From Octopus sinensis (lineage: Eukaryota): 64,000 bases of DNA. The position numbers were made by a program, and so were the translations under genes. A model generated the notes under the pieces. That model searched no databases. It had not been told where the DNA came from and saw nothing but the letters and a program-made list of their open reading frames with translations. The stretch's first letter is position 1. Each line of letters begins with the position of its first letter. Location: assembly GCF_006345805.1 (NCBI RefSeq), contig NC_043004.1, positions 496,001 to 560,000 on the forward strand. The letters run 5' to 3'. This document shows, in pieces, positions 39,379 through 51,704 of this stretch.

Positions 39379-39639
39379 TTTCTAATGTAGCTACAAGGTC
39401 ACAAATTTGGCGGTGGTGGTGGTGGTAGGGAGTGGTTAGTTGATAAAATCTCCTTTGCATAGTTTGTATTGCTGTATATATGTACAGCTATGCTTCGGTA
39501 GTAGTACATGTACCTCTTTGTATGGTTTGTACTTCAGCGATTGTACTACTACATTTACACTTGTTTCGAAGTTCTAAATTTGTCAATACTTTCAAATCTT
39601 TTGTTAAGCAAACAGGAAACCATGGTGATGTCATACCAT

Positions 39640-39684
39640 AGTCACCATCATCACCATCACCATCATCACCATCACCATCATCAC

Positions 39685-39724
<40 letters not shown>
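39640..39724. repeat. (CAT/CAC)n microsatellite
   Basis: Direct inspection. Confidence 0.95.
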
Positions 39725-40589
39725 TGATGTTTATTTTCCTCTGTTGCAAACGAGATTTTTTTACACATCAATTCTGTGTCATGTCATTTAAGAGAGAAAA
39801 ACATTTCCTTGTCTGATCTGACATATAATTTCTCGTTATTCCAATTAATTATCATTTATTACTCGATATACTTCGACTGACGACACCCTCCACTGCCACC
39901 TCGTACCACCTCATCGCCACCACCTTAGCATTATCTCCATGCATCACCGTAACCACTTTAAACCAATGTAGTCATTGCTCTCATTGCACAAACACTGCTA
40001 TGATAAAGAATTGATGATGATGATGATGATGATGACGGCGACAATGTTGTCGATGATGATGATGATGCTGATTGTGACGATGATGAAATGTTGATTACAA
40101 TAAAATAAAATTTGAAATTTTCGTCCTTTCCCCACAGTCATTTCATTAAACTTGCCTCTTCCTTCTACTCTCACTGTTGTCGCAGAGATTAAACGGATAA
40201 TCACAGATACATTGTGTTACTATAGCAACTACAGAGATGTATAAAATGATGTCAACAGAAGCATTAAGTAATTGCAGCGATGGTTGATTTCCTTTCCTAA
40301 GCTGGATGCCCTTCCAAAAGTCAACCACAAAATATGGCATGAAACAATAATATCGTTATTAATAATTTTTAACACTTATATTGAGAATTGTTATCAAGAA
40401 GTCATATTATTATCATCTGATATAATATGATACAATATAGTATAATATAGCATTAATATCTAATGTCTGTTTTCCATGCTGGAATGGGTTAGACCAATGC
40501 TTCTCAACCATTTTTTGCTAAAGGACCCCCTTTGGCCCCTGTTTTAGTCTACTGGACTCTTCCATAACCATTTGATGTATTCCTTTATT

Positions 40590-41111
<522 letters not shown>

Positions 41112-41117
41112 CATATA

Positions 41118-41348
41118 GGCGGTGAGCTGGCAGAAACGTTAGCATGTTGGGCGAAATGCTTAGCGGTATTTAGCCTGCCGTTACGTTCTGAGTTCAAATT
41201 CCGTCGAGGTTGACTTTGCCTTTCATCCTTCCGGGGTCAATAAATTAAGTACCAGTTACGCACTGGGGTCGATGTAATCGATTTAATCCCTTTGTCTGTC
41301 CTTGTTTGTCCCCTCTATGTTTAGCCCCTTGTGGGTAATGAAGAAATA
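41118..41348 (+). mobile_element. Nin-domain-like tRNA SINE, full length
   Basis: Head GGCGGTGAGCTGGCAGAAACGTTAG, B box GAGTTCAAATTCC, Nin-like GCCTTTCATCCTT..GGGTC.ATAAATTAAGTACCAG and tail AAGAAATA. Other copies at about 12480-12640, 38990-39155 and 53566-53750. Confidence 0.8.
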
Positions 41349-41634
41349 TATATATACATATATATATAGGCACTTGTGCCGGTGTGCAGGTGTCACATAA
41401 AAAAACACGATTTTTTCGTGGGCGTTGCCAGTACTATTTGACTGGCACATAAAAGCACCCACTACACTCTTGGAGTGGTTGGTGTTAGGAAGGGTATGCT
41501 GCTGTAGAAACTCTACCAGATCAAGATTGGAGTCTGGTGCAGCCATCTGGTTTGCCAGTCCTCAGTCAAATCGACCAACCAATGCTAGCATGGAAAGCGG
41601 ACGTTAAACGATGATGATGATGATTGATATACAG

Positions 41635-41672
<38 letters not shown>

Positions 41673-41789
41673 TTCTCATACACACACACACACTCTTATG
41701 TTGGAGCGAGGTCATTTAACCCTATTATCTCCCCTAATTTTGCACTTGCGTCTCACGTTTGATCTTTGACTTCTGGCCGAAATCAGATC

Positions 41790-42030
41790 ACCATGTTGAT
41801 TCGCTAGCCTCTGCACGCATATTTTTTTTCTCTCCTTCTTTCTGTGTTTTTTCTCTGTGTATCTTTCTGTTGAAGAGCGTAGGCTCGAAACGTTAAAGAC
41901 TTGTTTTATTTATATTTCCTGAGCGCCATACTAATACAATTGTTTGTTTGTATTCCACCTGCCTTCGTCTTTTGTTTATTTCCGTAAAACTGCCTTCGTC
42001 TTTTGTCTATTTTCATAAAGCTTCCCGTTA
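41790..42030 (+). repeat. Penelope-like terminal repeat, copy 2, with the best hammerhead-like motif at 41862-41899
   Basis: TCTTT-CTGTTGA-A-GAGC-GTAG-GCTC-GAAA-CGTT-AAAGA. Also a 31-bp internal tandem duplication (CTGCCTTCGTCTTTTGT). Confidence 0.6.
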
Positions 42031-42414
42031 TCTCTCTCTATATAAACGGCAGTTTGTCTGTGTGTGTTTCTGTGTGTCTGTTTTCTTGTACCCTCACCCT
42101 GACCACGGCTTTCAACCGATTCTGATGAAACTTGACACACACATAGCCCAATGTCATAATTCAAAACTAACGCAGCGAAAATTTTGAAAAGTTCCCCCAG
42201 CTCTGAAAAAAATCGATAAATTCGACATGGGGTCGAGAATCAAAAACACAAACCACAAACTGTCTAGGGGACGCAACTCCACCTTTTTTAACTCTCAAAA
42301 AAATTTACCATCATTTTTTTTCCATTCTTTTGCTATTTTTTGGCTATAACTCTCTAAAAATGCTTTATAGTTATTTCCCTTACAAACCTGAGCAACGCCG
42401 GGCGATACTGCTAG
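42031..42414 (+). mobile_element. Non-autonomous Helitron-type element
   Basis: 5' TC after A (42030), 3' CTAG before T (42415), subterminal hairpin CCTGAGCAACGCCGGG, no TSD. Confidence 0.7.
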
Positions 42415-42441
42415 TATATATATATATGTATATATAATAAA

Positions 42442-42480
<39 letters not shown>

Positions 42481-42735
42481 TAAAAAAAACCCTCTATATT
42501 TATATAATTAAATATTATTAGAAATTGTTCAAAAACATTAAAATACTTTGTATATTGTAATAAAAATATGAGCAATTTATTGCACATAAATTTTAACAAC
42601 AAAATCTTATATGAACCCCCCGACCAAAATTTTGGGGACCCCAGATGAGAACCACTGGGGTAGGCAGCAATATTATATAATATAATGTAATAAAATACAT
42701 GTGAGTTTGTGTTTGTGTGTGCGTGTGTGTGTGTG

Positions 42736-42783
<48 letters not shown>

Positions 42784-42880
42784 CACACACACATACGCAC
42801 ACACAAACACGGAGTAAACACATAAATGTGAAACAAGGTGGAAAAAAGAGTACTCAAATACCAGTGGTAGAGTAATATGT

Positions 42881-42957
42881 TTTATTTAAAGCAGCAGAAA
42901 ATTCAACAAAATCTCAGAGTAACAGATTTTGTTGAATTTTCTGCTGCTTTAAATAAA
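42881..42957. repeat. Perfect 34-bp inverted repeat with 9-nt loop
   Basis: TTTATTTAAAGCAGCAGAAAATTCAACAAAATCT-cagagtaac-AGATTTTGTTGAATTTTCTGCTGCTTTAAATAAA. Confidence 0.92.
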
Positions 42958-44254
42958 GTATATATATATATATATATATACATATTCTTTTTTTTCTTCT
43001 GTTATTCGTTTCAGTCATTTGGCTGCGGCCATGCTGGAGCACCGCCTTTAGTCGAACAAATCGACTTATTCTTTGTAAGCCTAGTACTTATCCTATCAGT
43101 CTCTTTTGCTGAATCGCTAAGTTATGGGTATATAAACACACCAACATAAGTGGTGGTGGTGGTGGGGGGAACAAACAGAAACACTAACACACACATGTAC
43201 AATGGGCTTCTTTCAGTTTCCGTCTACCAAATGCACTCACAAGGCTTTGGTCAGCCCAGGGTCATGTTAGAAGACACTTGCCCATGATGCCATGCAGTGG
43301 GACTGAACTCAGAATCATGTGGTTGGTAAGCAAGCTACTTACCACACAGCCACTCTTTTCATCTTTTATCTTTTACTCTTTTGCCGAACATAAATACACC
43401 AACACCAGTTGCCAAGCAATGGGGTGGGGGACAAACACATAGACAAAGACACATACATACATACATACATACATACATACATACATACATACACACATAC
43501 ATATATGTACAATGGGCTTCTTTCAGTTTCCACCTACCATTTCCATTCACAAGACTTAGTAGATGACACTTACCCAAGGTGCCACACAGTGGGACTGAAC
43601 CCAGAACCATGTAGTTGGGAAGGAAATTTCTTACCACACATCTCTCTCTCTCTCTCTACACGCATACACACACACCCACACATGTATATATGTTTGAGCC
43701 ACACGTAAAATGCATCAAGTCCACACTGTAAAGTGGTTGGCATTAGGAAGGGCATCCAGTCTTAAAAAACTTGCCAAATCAGACATTGGAGCTCAGTGTA
43801 GTCTTTTGACTTGTCAGCTCCTGTCAAACCATCCAACCCATGCCAGCATGGAAATCATACATCAAATGAATGATGATGATGATAATGATGAAGATGATGA
43901 TGATGATATATATATATCATCATCATCATTCAGTGTTTTAAATCCGGGTTTTGTCCCTGTGTACACGGGTGGCCAGATCTACCTCAATGCCATTGCAACT
44001 TAGGTAGGCAGGTGCAGCCCACCACAACCTTTGGGCTAGGTGGTGCCCATTCTCCTTTGCTATCATAAGGCTTTTTTGGAGCTGGATTTTCTACAGGGAG
44101 CATGCCCTTGCTTATCCCCAACCTCAGTTTCTAGACATGAGTGGTCCTGAGACCAAGGCCTCTACTTAGATTTTTAAGACATGTGGTGGAAAACTAGCTC
44201 AGGAAGGCAGGGCTGCTACTCCTTGAGACCCCTTTCAGAGCCACTCCCACCACC

Positions 44255-44286
<32 letters not shown>

Positions 44287-44734
44287 AGTATATAATGATC
44301 GCTATCCGCTTGTGATCAAGGAATACCATCACTGACCATTAAGAACATTGTGTTTTCAGACAAAATTATACTTTACAGCTGTTGTTCTGTTGGTGACCAA
44401 TGAGCCCAGCTCTTGGTAGACATACAAGTATGCAGACCCTGTAGACAAAGCTTTCCCCATTCACTAAATTGGTGGCACCTTTTCAAAAAGCTTGCTTAAG
44501 TTCAGCATGCAAAATGCATAATTCTTCAAATATATCCATTCCTTCTTTAACTTGTTTCCTTTGTTGGTGGTGATGACAACCATTGCTTTTCCAATTGGAT
44601 ACACACCATTAGAAGGCATGATGCTGTGGAATTGTCTGAGATAAAATCTCTTCATAGATATGTTGTGTTAAAAATACAATAAATGTATTGGTTTCAAATT
44701 TTGGTACAAGGTCAGTTATTTCAGGGGAGGGGAT

Positions 44735-44908
44735 AAATTGATTGTATATATATTCTCTCTCTGTTTATTTCCTCATGTTCTTTTCTGTCAAAGAGTATAG
44801 GCTTGAAATGTAAAAGAGTTTCTCACCTTCCCAAGCATTAAACTAATTCACTTGTTTGTTGTTTATACACTTGCCTTCATCTTTTGTTTTTTTGTAAATT
44901 CCAACTAT
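44735..44908 (+). repeat. Penelope-like terminal repeat, copy 3, degraded
   Basis: CTTTTCTGTCAAAGAGTATAGGCTTGAAATGTAAAAGAG and TTGCCTTCATCTTTTGT. The RTE LINE is inserted at its 3' end. Confidence 0.5.
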
Positions 44909-46593
44909 CATCATCATCATCATCATTTAGCGTCCGTTTTCCATGCTAGCATGGGTTGGACGGTTCTACTGGGGTCTGTGAAGCCAGAAGGCTTCATCAG
45001 GCCCAGTCAAATCTGGCAGTGTTTCTACGGCTGGATGCCCTTCCTAACGCCAACCACTCCGTGAGTGTAGTGGGTGCTTTTTACGTGCCACCCGCACTGG
45101 TGCCAGACAGAGCTGGCAAACGGCCACGAACGGATGGTGCTTTTTATGTGCCACCGGCACGAGGGCCAGGCGAGGCTGGCAACGGACACGAAACGGGGCG
45201 GTGCTGGCAACGGTCGCGAAACGGAAAGTTCTCTTACATGCCACCGGCACTGGTAACACATCTGCAATTTCCATTGATCGATTTCGATTCTGATCCTCAC
45301 TTGCCTCAATGGGTCTTCACAAGCAGAGTTTCGACATGCCACCGGCACTGGTAGCACATCCGCAATTTCCATTGATCGATTTCGATTCTGATCCTCACTT
45401 GCCTCAACACGTCTTCACAAGTAGAGTTTTGTGTCCCAAGAAGGGAAGGTATGCATACGTAGGCTGGCTCCATCCCATGTAGAAGGCCACGGGTTGTGGA
45501 CTCACTTGTCCTGCCGGGTCTTCTCGCGCACAGCACACTTCCAGAGGTCTCGGTCTCTAGTCATTTCCTCAGTGAGACCTAAAGTTCGAAGGTCGTGCTT
45601 CACCACCTCGTCCCAGGTTTTCCTGGGTCTGCCTCTTCCACAGGTTCCCTCAACCGCTAGGGTGTGGCACTTTTTCACACAACTATCTTCATCCATTCTC
45701 GCCACATGACCATACCAGCGCAAACGTCTCTCTTGCACACCACAACTGATGCTTCTTAGGTCCAGCTTTTCTCTCAAGGTACTTACACTCTGCCGAGTGT
45801 GAGTACCGGCATTACACATCCATCGGAGCATACTGGCTTCATTTCTAGCGAGCTTACGCATATCCTCAGCAGTCACGGCCCAAGTTTCACTGCCATGTAG
45901 CATGGCTGTTCGTACACACGCATCATACAGTCTGCCTTTCACTCTGTGAGAGAGGCCTTTTGTCACCAGCAGAGGTAAGAGCTCTCTGAACTTTGCCCAA
46001 GCTATTCTTACTCTAGCAGTTACACTTTCAGCACACCCACCCCCGCTGCTGACTTGGTCACCTAGGTAACGGAAACTATCAACTATTTCTAGTTTTTCTC
46101 CCTGGAAAGTGACGGAAGTTGGTCTCAGAGCATTTTCAGTGTTTATTGTTCCTGAGCATCTGCCACATACAAAAGCCATCTTCCTAGTTAGCCTTCCTTT
46201 GACATTGCTGCATCTCTTATGTGTCCATAGCTTACACTTGGTGCATCTTATAGAGTTTCTACCTACACCTTTTCTACAGATCGAGCAGGGCCATCTACCT
46301 GAAGGTGTTTGTGATTTGTCTACCTTCCTACTGATTACGACTTTGGTTTTAGCTAGATTGACTCTGAGGCCCTTCGATTCTAATCCTTGTTTCCACACCT
46401 GAAACTTCTCCTCCAGTTCTGATAGCGACTCAGCAATTAGAGCAAGGTCATCAGCATAGAGGAGCTCCCAAGGGCATCCTGTCTTGAATTCCTCCGTTAT
46501 TGCCTGGAGGACTATGATAAATAGGAGGGGGCTGAGTACTGAGCCTTGGTGGACCCCTACCTCTACCCGGAATTCTTCACTGTACTCATTTCC

Positions 46594-46599
<6 letters not shown>
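44909..46599 (-). mobile_element. 5'-truncated RTE-clade LINE with (GAT)n tail and 10-bp TSD
   Basis: TTCCAACTAT at 44899-44908 and 46590-46599. RT ORF, then ~570-bp 3' UTR, then the ATG/GAT tail. Confidence 0.92.
45502..46596 (-). CDS. RTE reverse transcriptase, C-terminal ~365 aa, uninterrupted, with PHD-type zinc finger
   Basis: GVHQGSVLSPLLF, LLYADDL (46447-46458), FRYLG and RLRWYGHVAR...GRGRPRKTW. The upstream 'start' in the ORF track lies in a (TA)n tract. Confidence 0.9.
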
Positions 46600-46627
<28 letters not shown>

Positions 46628-47402
46628 TCATACACACACATATATATAGAGATGGTGCACAAAAGCTATTTTGAATTAATACTGCCTTCAATGCTAAAAC
46701 AAATTTTTATCTGTGGGCGCTGGTGCTACATTAACTTCATGCGTGTGCTGGTGCCACATAAAAAGCACCCAGTACACTCTGTAAAGTGGTTGGTGTTAGG
46801 AAGGGCATCCAGCCGTAGAAACCATACCAAAACAGACAATTGGAGTCAGTGCAGCTCCAGTGAAGCTACCTAACCCATGCCAGCATGGAAAATGGACATT
46901 AAATTATAATGATGATGATGATGACTACATATGATACATCCTTAAGTCCATCAAATCCTGCCAAACTCATACCATCATTGACCATGGACCAAACATAATG
47001 ATGATGATGATGAATGTCGGCTTCACTGAAATCGCTTTTGGTTCTCTTTATATAAAAACAATTTGCAATATTGTATAATGTTTTTATTCCTCTTCTTCAA
47101 TTTACTCTTTTAGTCTGTAATTAAGTATGAAGTAATTGGATCATCGTAGAATAACAGTGGCTATTTAAAACACAGATGCTATTACAGTCACCTTTGTTAT
47201 ATTTTGTTATAGTACCTGTCTTTCATTGCACATCCATAACCTGGTGGTTTTGATAATCTAGTAAGCAGCAAATTTTTATTTTTGACAGGCTGTAATTCAA
47301 TTGTCCAGCTTTGTCACATTTTGCTATGTTAGAATATTACATTAAGGATACAAGATATCAAGGAATACTCAATCATATATATATAGGAGATTCTATAGTG
47401 TG

Positions 47403-47447
<45 letters not shown>

Positions 47448-47829
47448 TATAGAATCTCCCAAAACTAGACACTAATATCCAAGCCTTTCTAAGCCTAATT
47501 AGTTTACCTAGAAAGAAAAACCAAACAGTACCAAAGTAAGAGATCCCTACAAGCTATGAATCCACAAATGATTTCCACTTTACAAGAATGAAGGACAACT
47601 GGGAATAATGAGACAAACAATCAAGCATAGCATGCATGCATTCCCATCATCAGCTGCCAAACAGATATCACTATGGTTTTGACATCTGAGCAGGACCATT
47701 CAATCTGATGGTGTCCATGGTGTTAAAAATATAAATGCTGCCCAGGACTGCACCAACTTGTTACTATAAGTAACAAAATAAGAATAAACAAAAAGTGATG
47801 TGTGCATGTGTGTAAATATATATACATAC

Positions 47830-47911
<82 letters not shown>

Positions 47912-48765
47912 CCAATGGTCGAAATGGATTCCTGCCTCCGAAAGGTGAAGAGTTACATTAATCTTTGGCTTCAGAGTCTGACGACATGTCCATGGGGCTA
48001 AGCCCTTTGTTGATGCAAAACCAATGGTAACTCTATGACCAGACATAGACATAAATAACACACACACATATATATATATATATAATTTTATACCACACAC
48101 ACATATATATAATGTTATGAATTCCAAGTAAAAATGACTTTCTTTGAATAGATTCTTGTTGAGTATACCGTATGATGGCTTGCACCTTTCCAATCCACTT
48201 CTTAACTTTATAACTGCCATTTTGTTATTGAAATGGACATGAATTAACTGCCCTGGCAACTCGTTACCAACCCCTTTATTCTTTATGTGTAAATATGGTA
48301 GTTTGGTCAATTCCCTTCTGACACCATATACTTAAATGCAAGCTGGGCATAAAAGCTGTGTATAATGTAGAGCCCGAAGATTGCTTGGAGACACAACACA
48401 TGTTATAAAAACCTGCCTATCCACATGTAGCTCTTACTTTAGTACAGTGTACTTTGAATGATCTTTCTCTCTCATTGGATGGATTTCTTTCTTTGTTGAT
48501 CTCACCTTAACAGAAGAGTAAACTATGAATATACAGGAGAGTCATTATTCTTTTATTTGTTTCAGACATTTGACTGTGACCATGCTGAAGTACCACCTTT
48601 AGTCGAGCAAATAAACCCCAGGAATTATTCTTTGTAAGCCTAGTACTTATTCTATCGGTCTCTCTTGCTGAACCGCTAAGTGACGGGGACGTAAATACAC
48701 CAGCATTGGTTGTCAAGTGATGTTGGAGGAACAAACACAGACACACAAACATATACACACACTTA

Positions 48766-48842
<77 letters not shown>

Positions 48843-48845
<3 letters not shown>

Positions 48846-49033
48846 GGTGGCACGTAAAAAACACCCACTACACTCGCGGAGTGGTTGGCGTTAGGAAGGG
48901 CATCCAGCCGTAGAAACACTGCCAGATCTGACTGGGCCTGACGAAGCCTTCCAGCTTCACAGACCCCAGTTGACCCGTCCAACCCATGCTAGCATGGAAA
49001 GCGGACGCTAAATAATGATGATGATGATGATGA
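48843..49033 (+). mobile_element. Short RTE 3'-tail copy nested in the (TA)n of a CORE-SINE (representative of ~18 copies)
   Basis: GTTAGGAAGGGCATCCAGCCGTAGAAAC...CCATGCTAGCATGGAAAGCGGACG..GATGATG matches the LINE 3' UTR. The SINE halves lie at 48548-48745 and 49055-49210. Confidence 0.8.
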
Positions 49034-49734
49034 TATATATATATACATATATATACAATGGGCTTCTTTCAGTTTCCGTCTACCAAATCCACTCACAAGG
49101 CTTTGGTTGGTCCGAGGCTATAGTAGAAGACACTTGCCCAAGGTTCCATGCAATGGGACTGATCCTGGAACCATGTGGTTGGTAAGCAAGCTACTTACCA
49201 CACAGCCACAAACACACACACTGGTTCTTCTTCAACACCATCAGCATAACTGTTGTCATCATTATTGTTATCTTCGTCATCATCGTCATTGTCATTTAAC
49301 ATCCATTTCCCATGCTGGGAAATGGGTTGGACATTTAACAGGAGCTACACCAGGCTCCAGTCATCTGTTTTGGTTTGGTTTCTACAGCTGGATGTCCTTC
49401 TTAATGCCAACCACTTTACAGAGTATACTGGGTGCTTTGTAAGTGGTAACAGCATGGGTGCTTTATACATGGCACCATTGTCAATCGGTTCACTAATTAA
49501 CCAATAAACTAATTGATTGATTAATTGTTAAGTCAATCTGTCAAGCAGTTAGGTTTTTGAAAGTATTTTCATTGCCATTTGCAAACTCAATGCAATGCCC
49601 TCTGGACTCTAGGTTTGCTCAATGAAATATTTTTATTACATATTTCTTAGAAAAAGATGGAAGATCTAGAATGAGATGGGATGGGTGTTCCTGCTTTCAA
49701 GAGGGCAAAGAAACAATGCCAAGTATCCAACACC

Positions 49735-49736
<2 letters not shown>

Positions 49737-49811
<75 letters not shown>
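49737..49811. repeat. (GA)n microsatellite
   Basis: Direct inspection. Confidence 0.95.
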
Positions 49812-49814
<3 letters not shown>

Positions 49815-50161
49815 TCTGTATCTTGTGATGATCATCAGGTATTGAGAATGAAATTAATAGCAATGAATTACCAGCACCTCTTGCAGGAAAGACCACATTA
49901 GAGTGGGCTTTTGATATCTTGTCCAGAACCAAAGTTAAACCATGTTATTGAAAGCATTGGCACATGGGACAAAATGCTAAGCAGCATTTCCTCTGTCTTT
50001 ACTTTTTGAGTTCAAATACCACTGGAGTCAACCTTACATCCTTTGAGGGGTCAATAAAATAAATACCCATATAGCACTGGGTTGATATAATTGACTAACT
50101 CAATTCCACAAAATGTCAGGCCTTGTGTCTCTATCAGAAAGGATTATTGTACAACCTTTGC

Positions 50162-50598
50162 CAGGGTTGGATTAACCCATTAAACAAAATAAGCATGTGC
50201 TTAGGGCATCGAGGGAAGAAAGGGGCACCACAGAAATGGTAAATGGTTTACAGCACAAAAGAAATCACTTTAAACTTGCTCAAATAATATTTGCAAAGCC
50301 TTGTCTCTACAAAGTATAGAGGCAGAAGTTTTGCATAAAATTAATTTTAATGATATCATCGAACATTTTGTAATTAAAAAAAAAAAATGAAGGAGAAAAC
50401 CTTTCAAATATAAATAAAGTGGAAGCATACAAAAATAAACATTATTCTCCATCTTTCTGTGAATTTTGTTTCATTTTGAAAAATATAAAATTTATTTCCT
50501 GGGTTATTATTGTTTACATTTTGAACCATTTATGTATACTTGAGGGCACCAAAACCTTTTAAGTGCTTAGGGCCTCTATGGGTCTCAATCCAGCCCCA
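50162..50598. mobile_element. MITE-like DNA element
   Basis: Imperfect termini CAGGGTTGGATT / AATCCAGCCCCA and subterminal GTGCTTAGGGC at both ends. Confidence 0.5.
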
Positions 50599-50774
50599 AC
50601 CTTTGCCTATCTGTTGCAGTAAGCTGAACCCAGTCTTTTAGGCTACAGTTAGATCAAAGTGGGTGAGTAGAGAGAATGTTTTAGTCCTGAACAGATTACG
50701 ATGCTGGTTAAGTGGATGGTGAGCTATTTCTCTCTTCTTTTCTATTCTAGGCACAAGAGCTGAAATTTTGGGGG

Positions 50775-51492
50775 AGTGGTCGATTAGATCAACCCAGTAT
50801 GCAACTGGTACTTAATTTATCAACCCTGAAAGGTAAAAGGCAATATCAACCTCCGCGGAATTTGAATTCAGAACATAAAGACAAACGGAATACCTATTTC
50901 TTTACTACCCACAAGGGGCTAAACACAGAGAGGACAAACAAGGACAGACAAATGGATTAAGTCGATTATATCGACCCCAGTGCATAACTGGTACTTATTT
51001 AATCGACCCCACAAGGATGAAAGGCAAAGTCGACCTCGGCAGAATTTGAACTCAGAATGTAGCAGTAGACGAAATACCTATTTCTTTACTACCCACAAGG
51101 GGCTACATACAGAGGGGACAAACAAGGACGGACAAACGGATTAAGTCGATTACATCGACCCCAGTGCATAACTGGTACTTAATTTATCAACCCCAAAATG
51201 ATGAAAGGCAAAGTCTACCTTGGCGGAATTTGAACTCAGAACGTAACGACAGACGAAATACCTATTTCTTTACTACTCACAAGGGGCTAAACACAGAGAA
51301 GACAAACAAGGACAGACAAACGGATTAAGTTGATTATATGGACCTCAGTGCGTGACTGGTACTTATTTAATCGACCCTGAAAGGATGAAAACAAAGTTGA
51401 CCTTGGCGGAATTTGAACTCAGAACGTAGCGGCAGACGAAATACCGCTAAGCATTTCACCCGGCGTGCTAACGTTTCTACCAGCTCACTGCC
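50775..51492 (-). repeat. Head-to-tail array of Nin-like SINE units, period 184 bp
   Basis: The junction GAAATACC|TATTTCTTTAC recurs at 50895, 51079 and 51263. Only the 5'-most unit keeps the tRNA head. Confidence 0.88.
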
Positions 51493-51704
51493 TTAACTAT
51501 TTGTCTCTTCAGTTGGTAAAGAATAAAATGGTATTTTGTTTCTGACAGAGCACAAGAGCTATTTCGAAGGTGGAAGATAGGACCACTTAAGTCAGTTACA
51601 GTATATAACTGGTACTTATTTTGTTGACCCCCCCCCCACCTAATGAAATGGATGGCAAAGTGAATGTCAAGCAGAGAACATGAAGGGGAAAAAACATAGC
51701 ATTG

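Noticed and set aside
48110-48310. KKWIGKVQAII...ESIQRKSFLLGIHNII, resembling an R4/Dong C-terminus
   Set aside because: Too short and diverged to call as a feature without a search.
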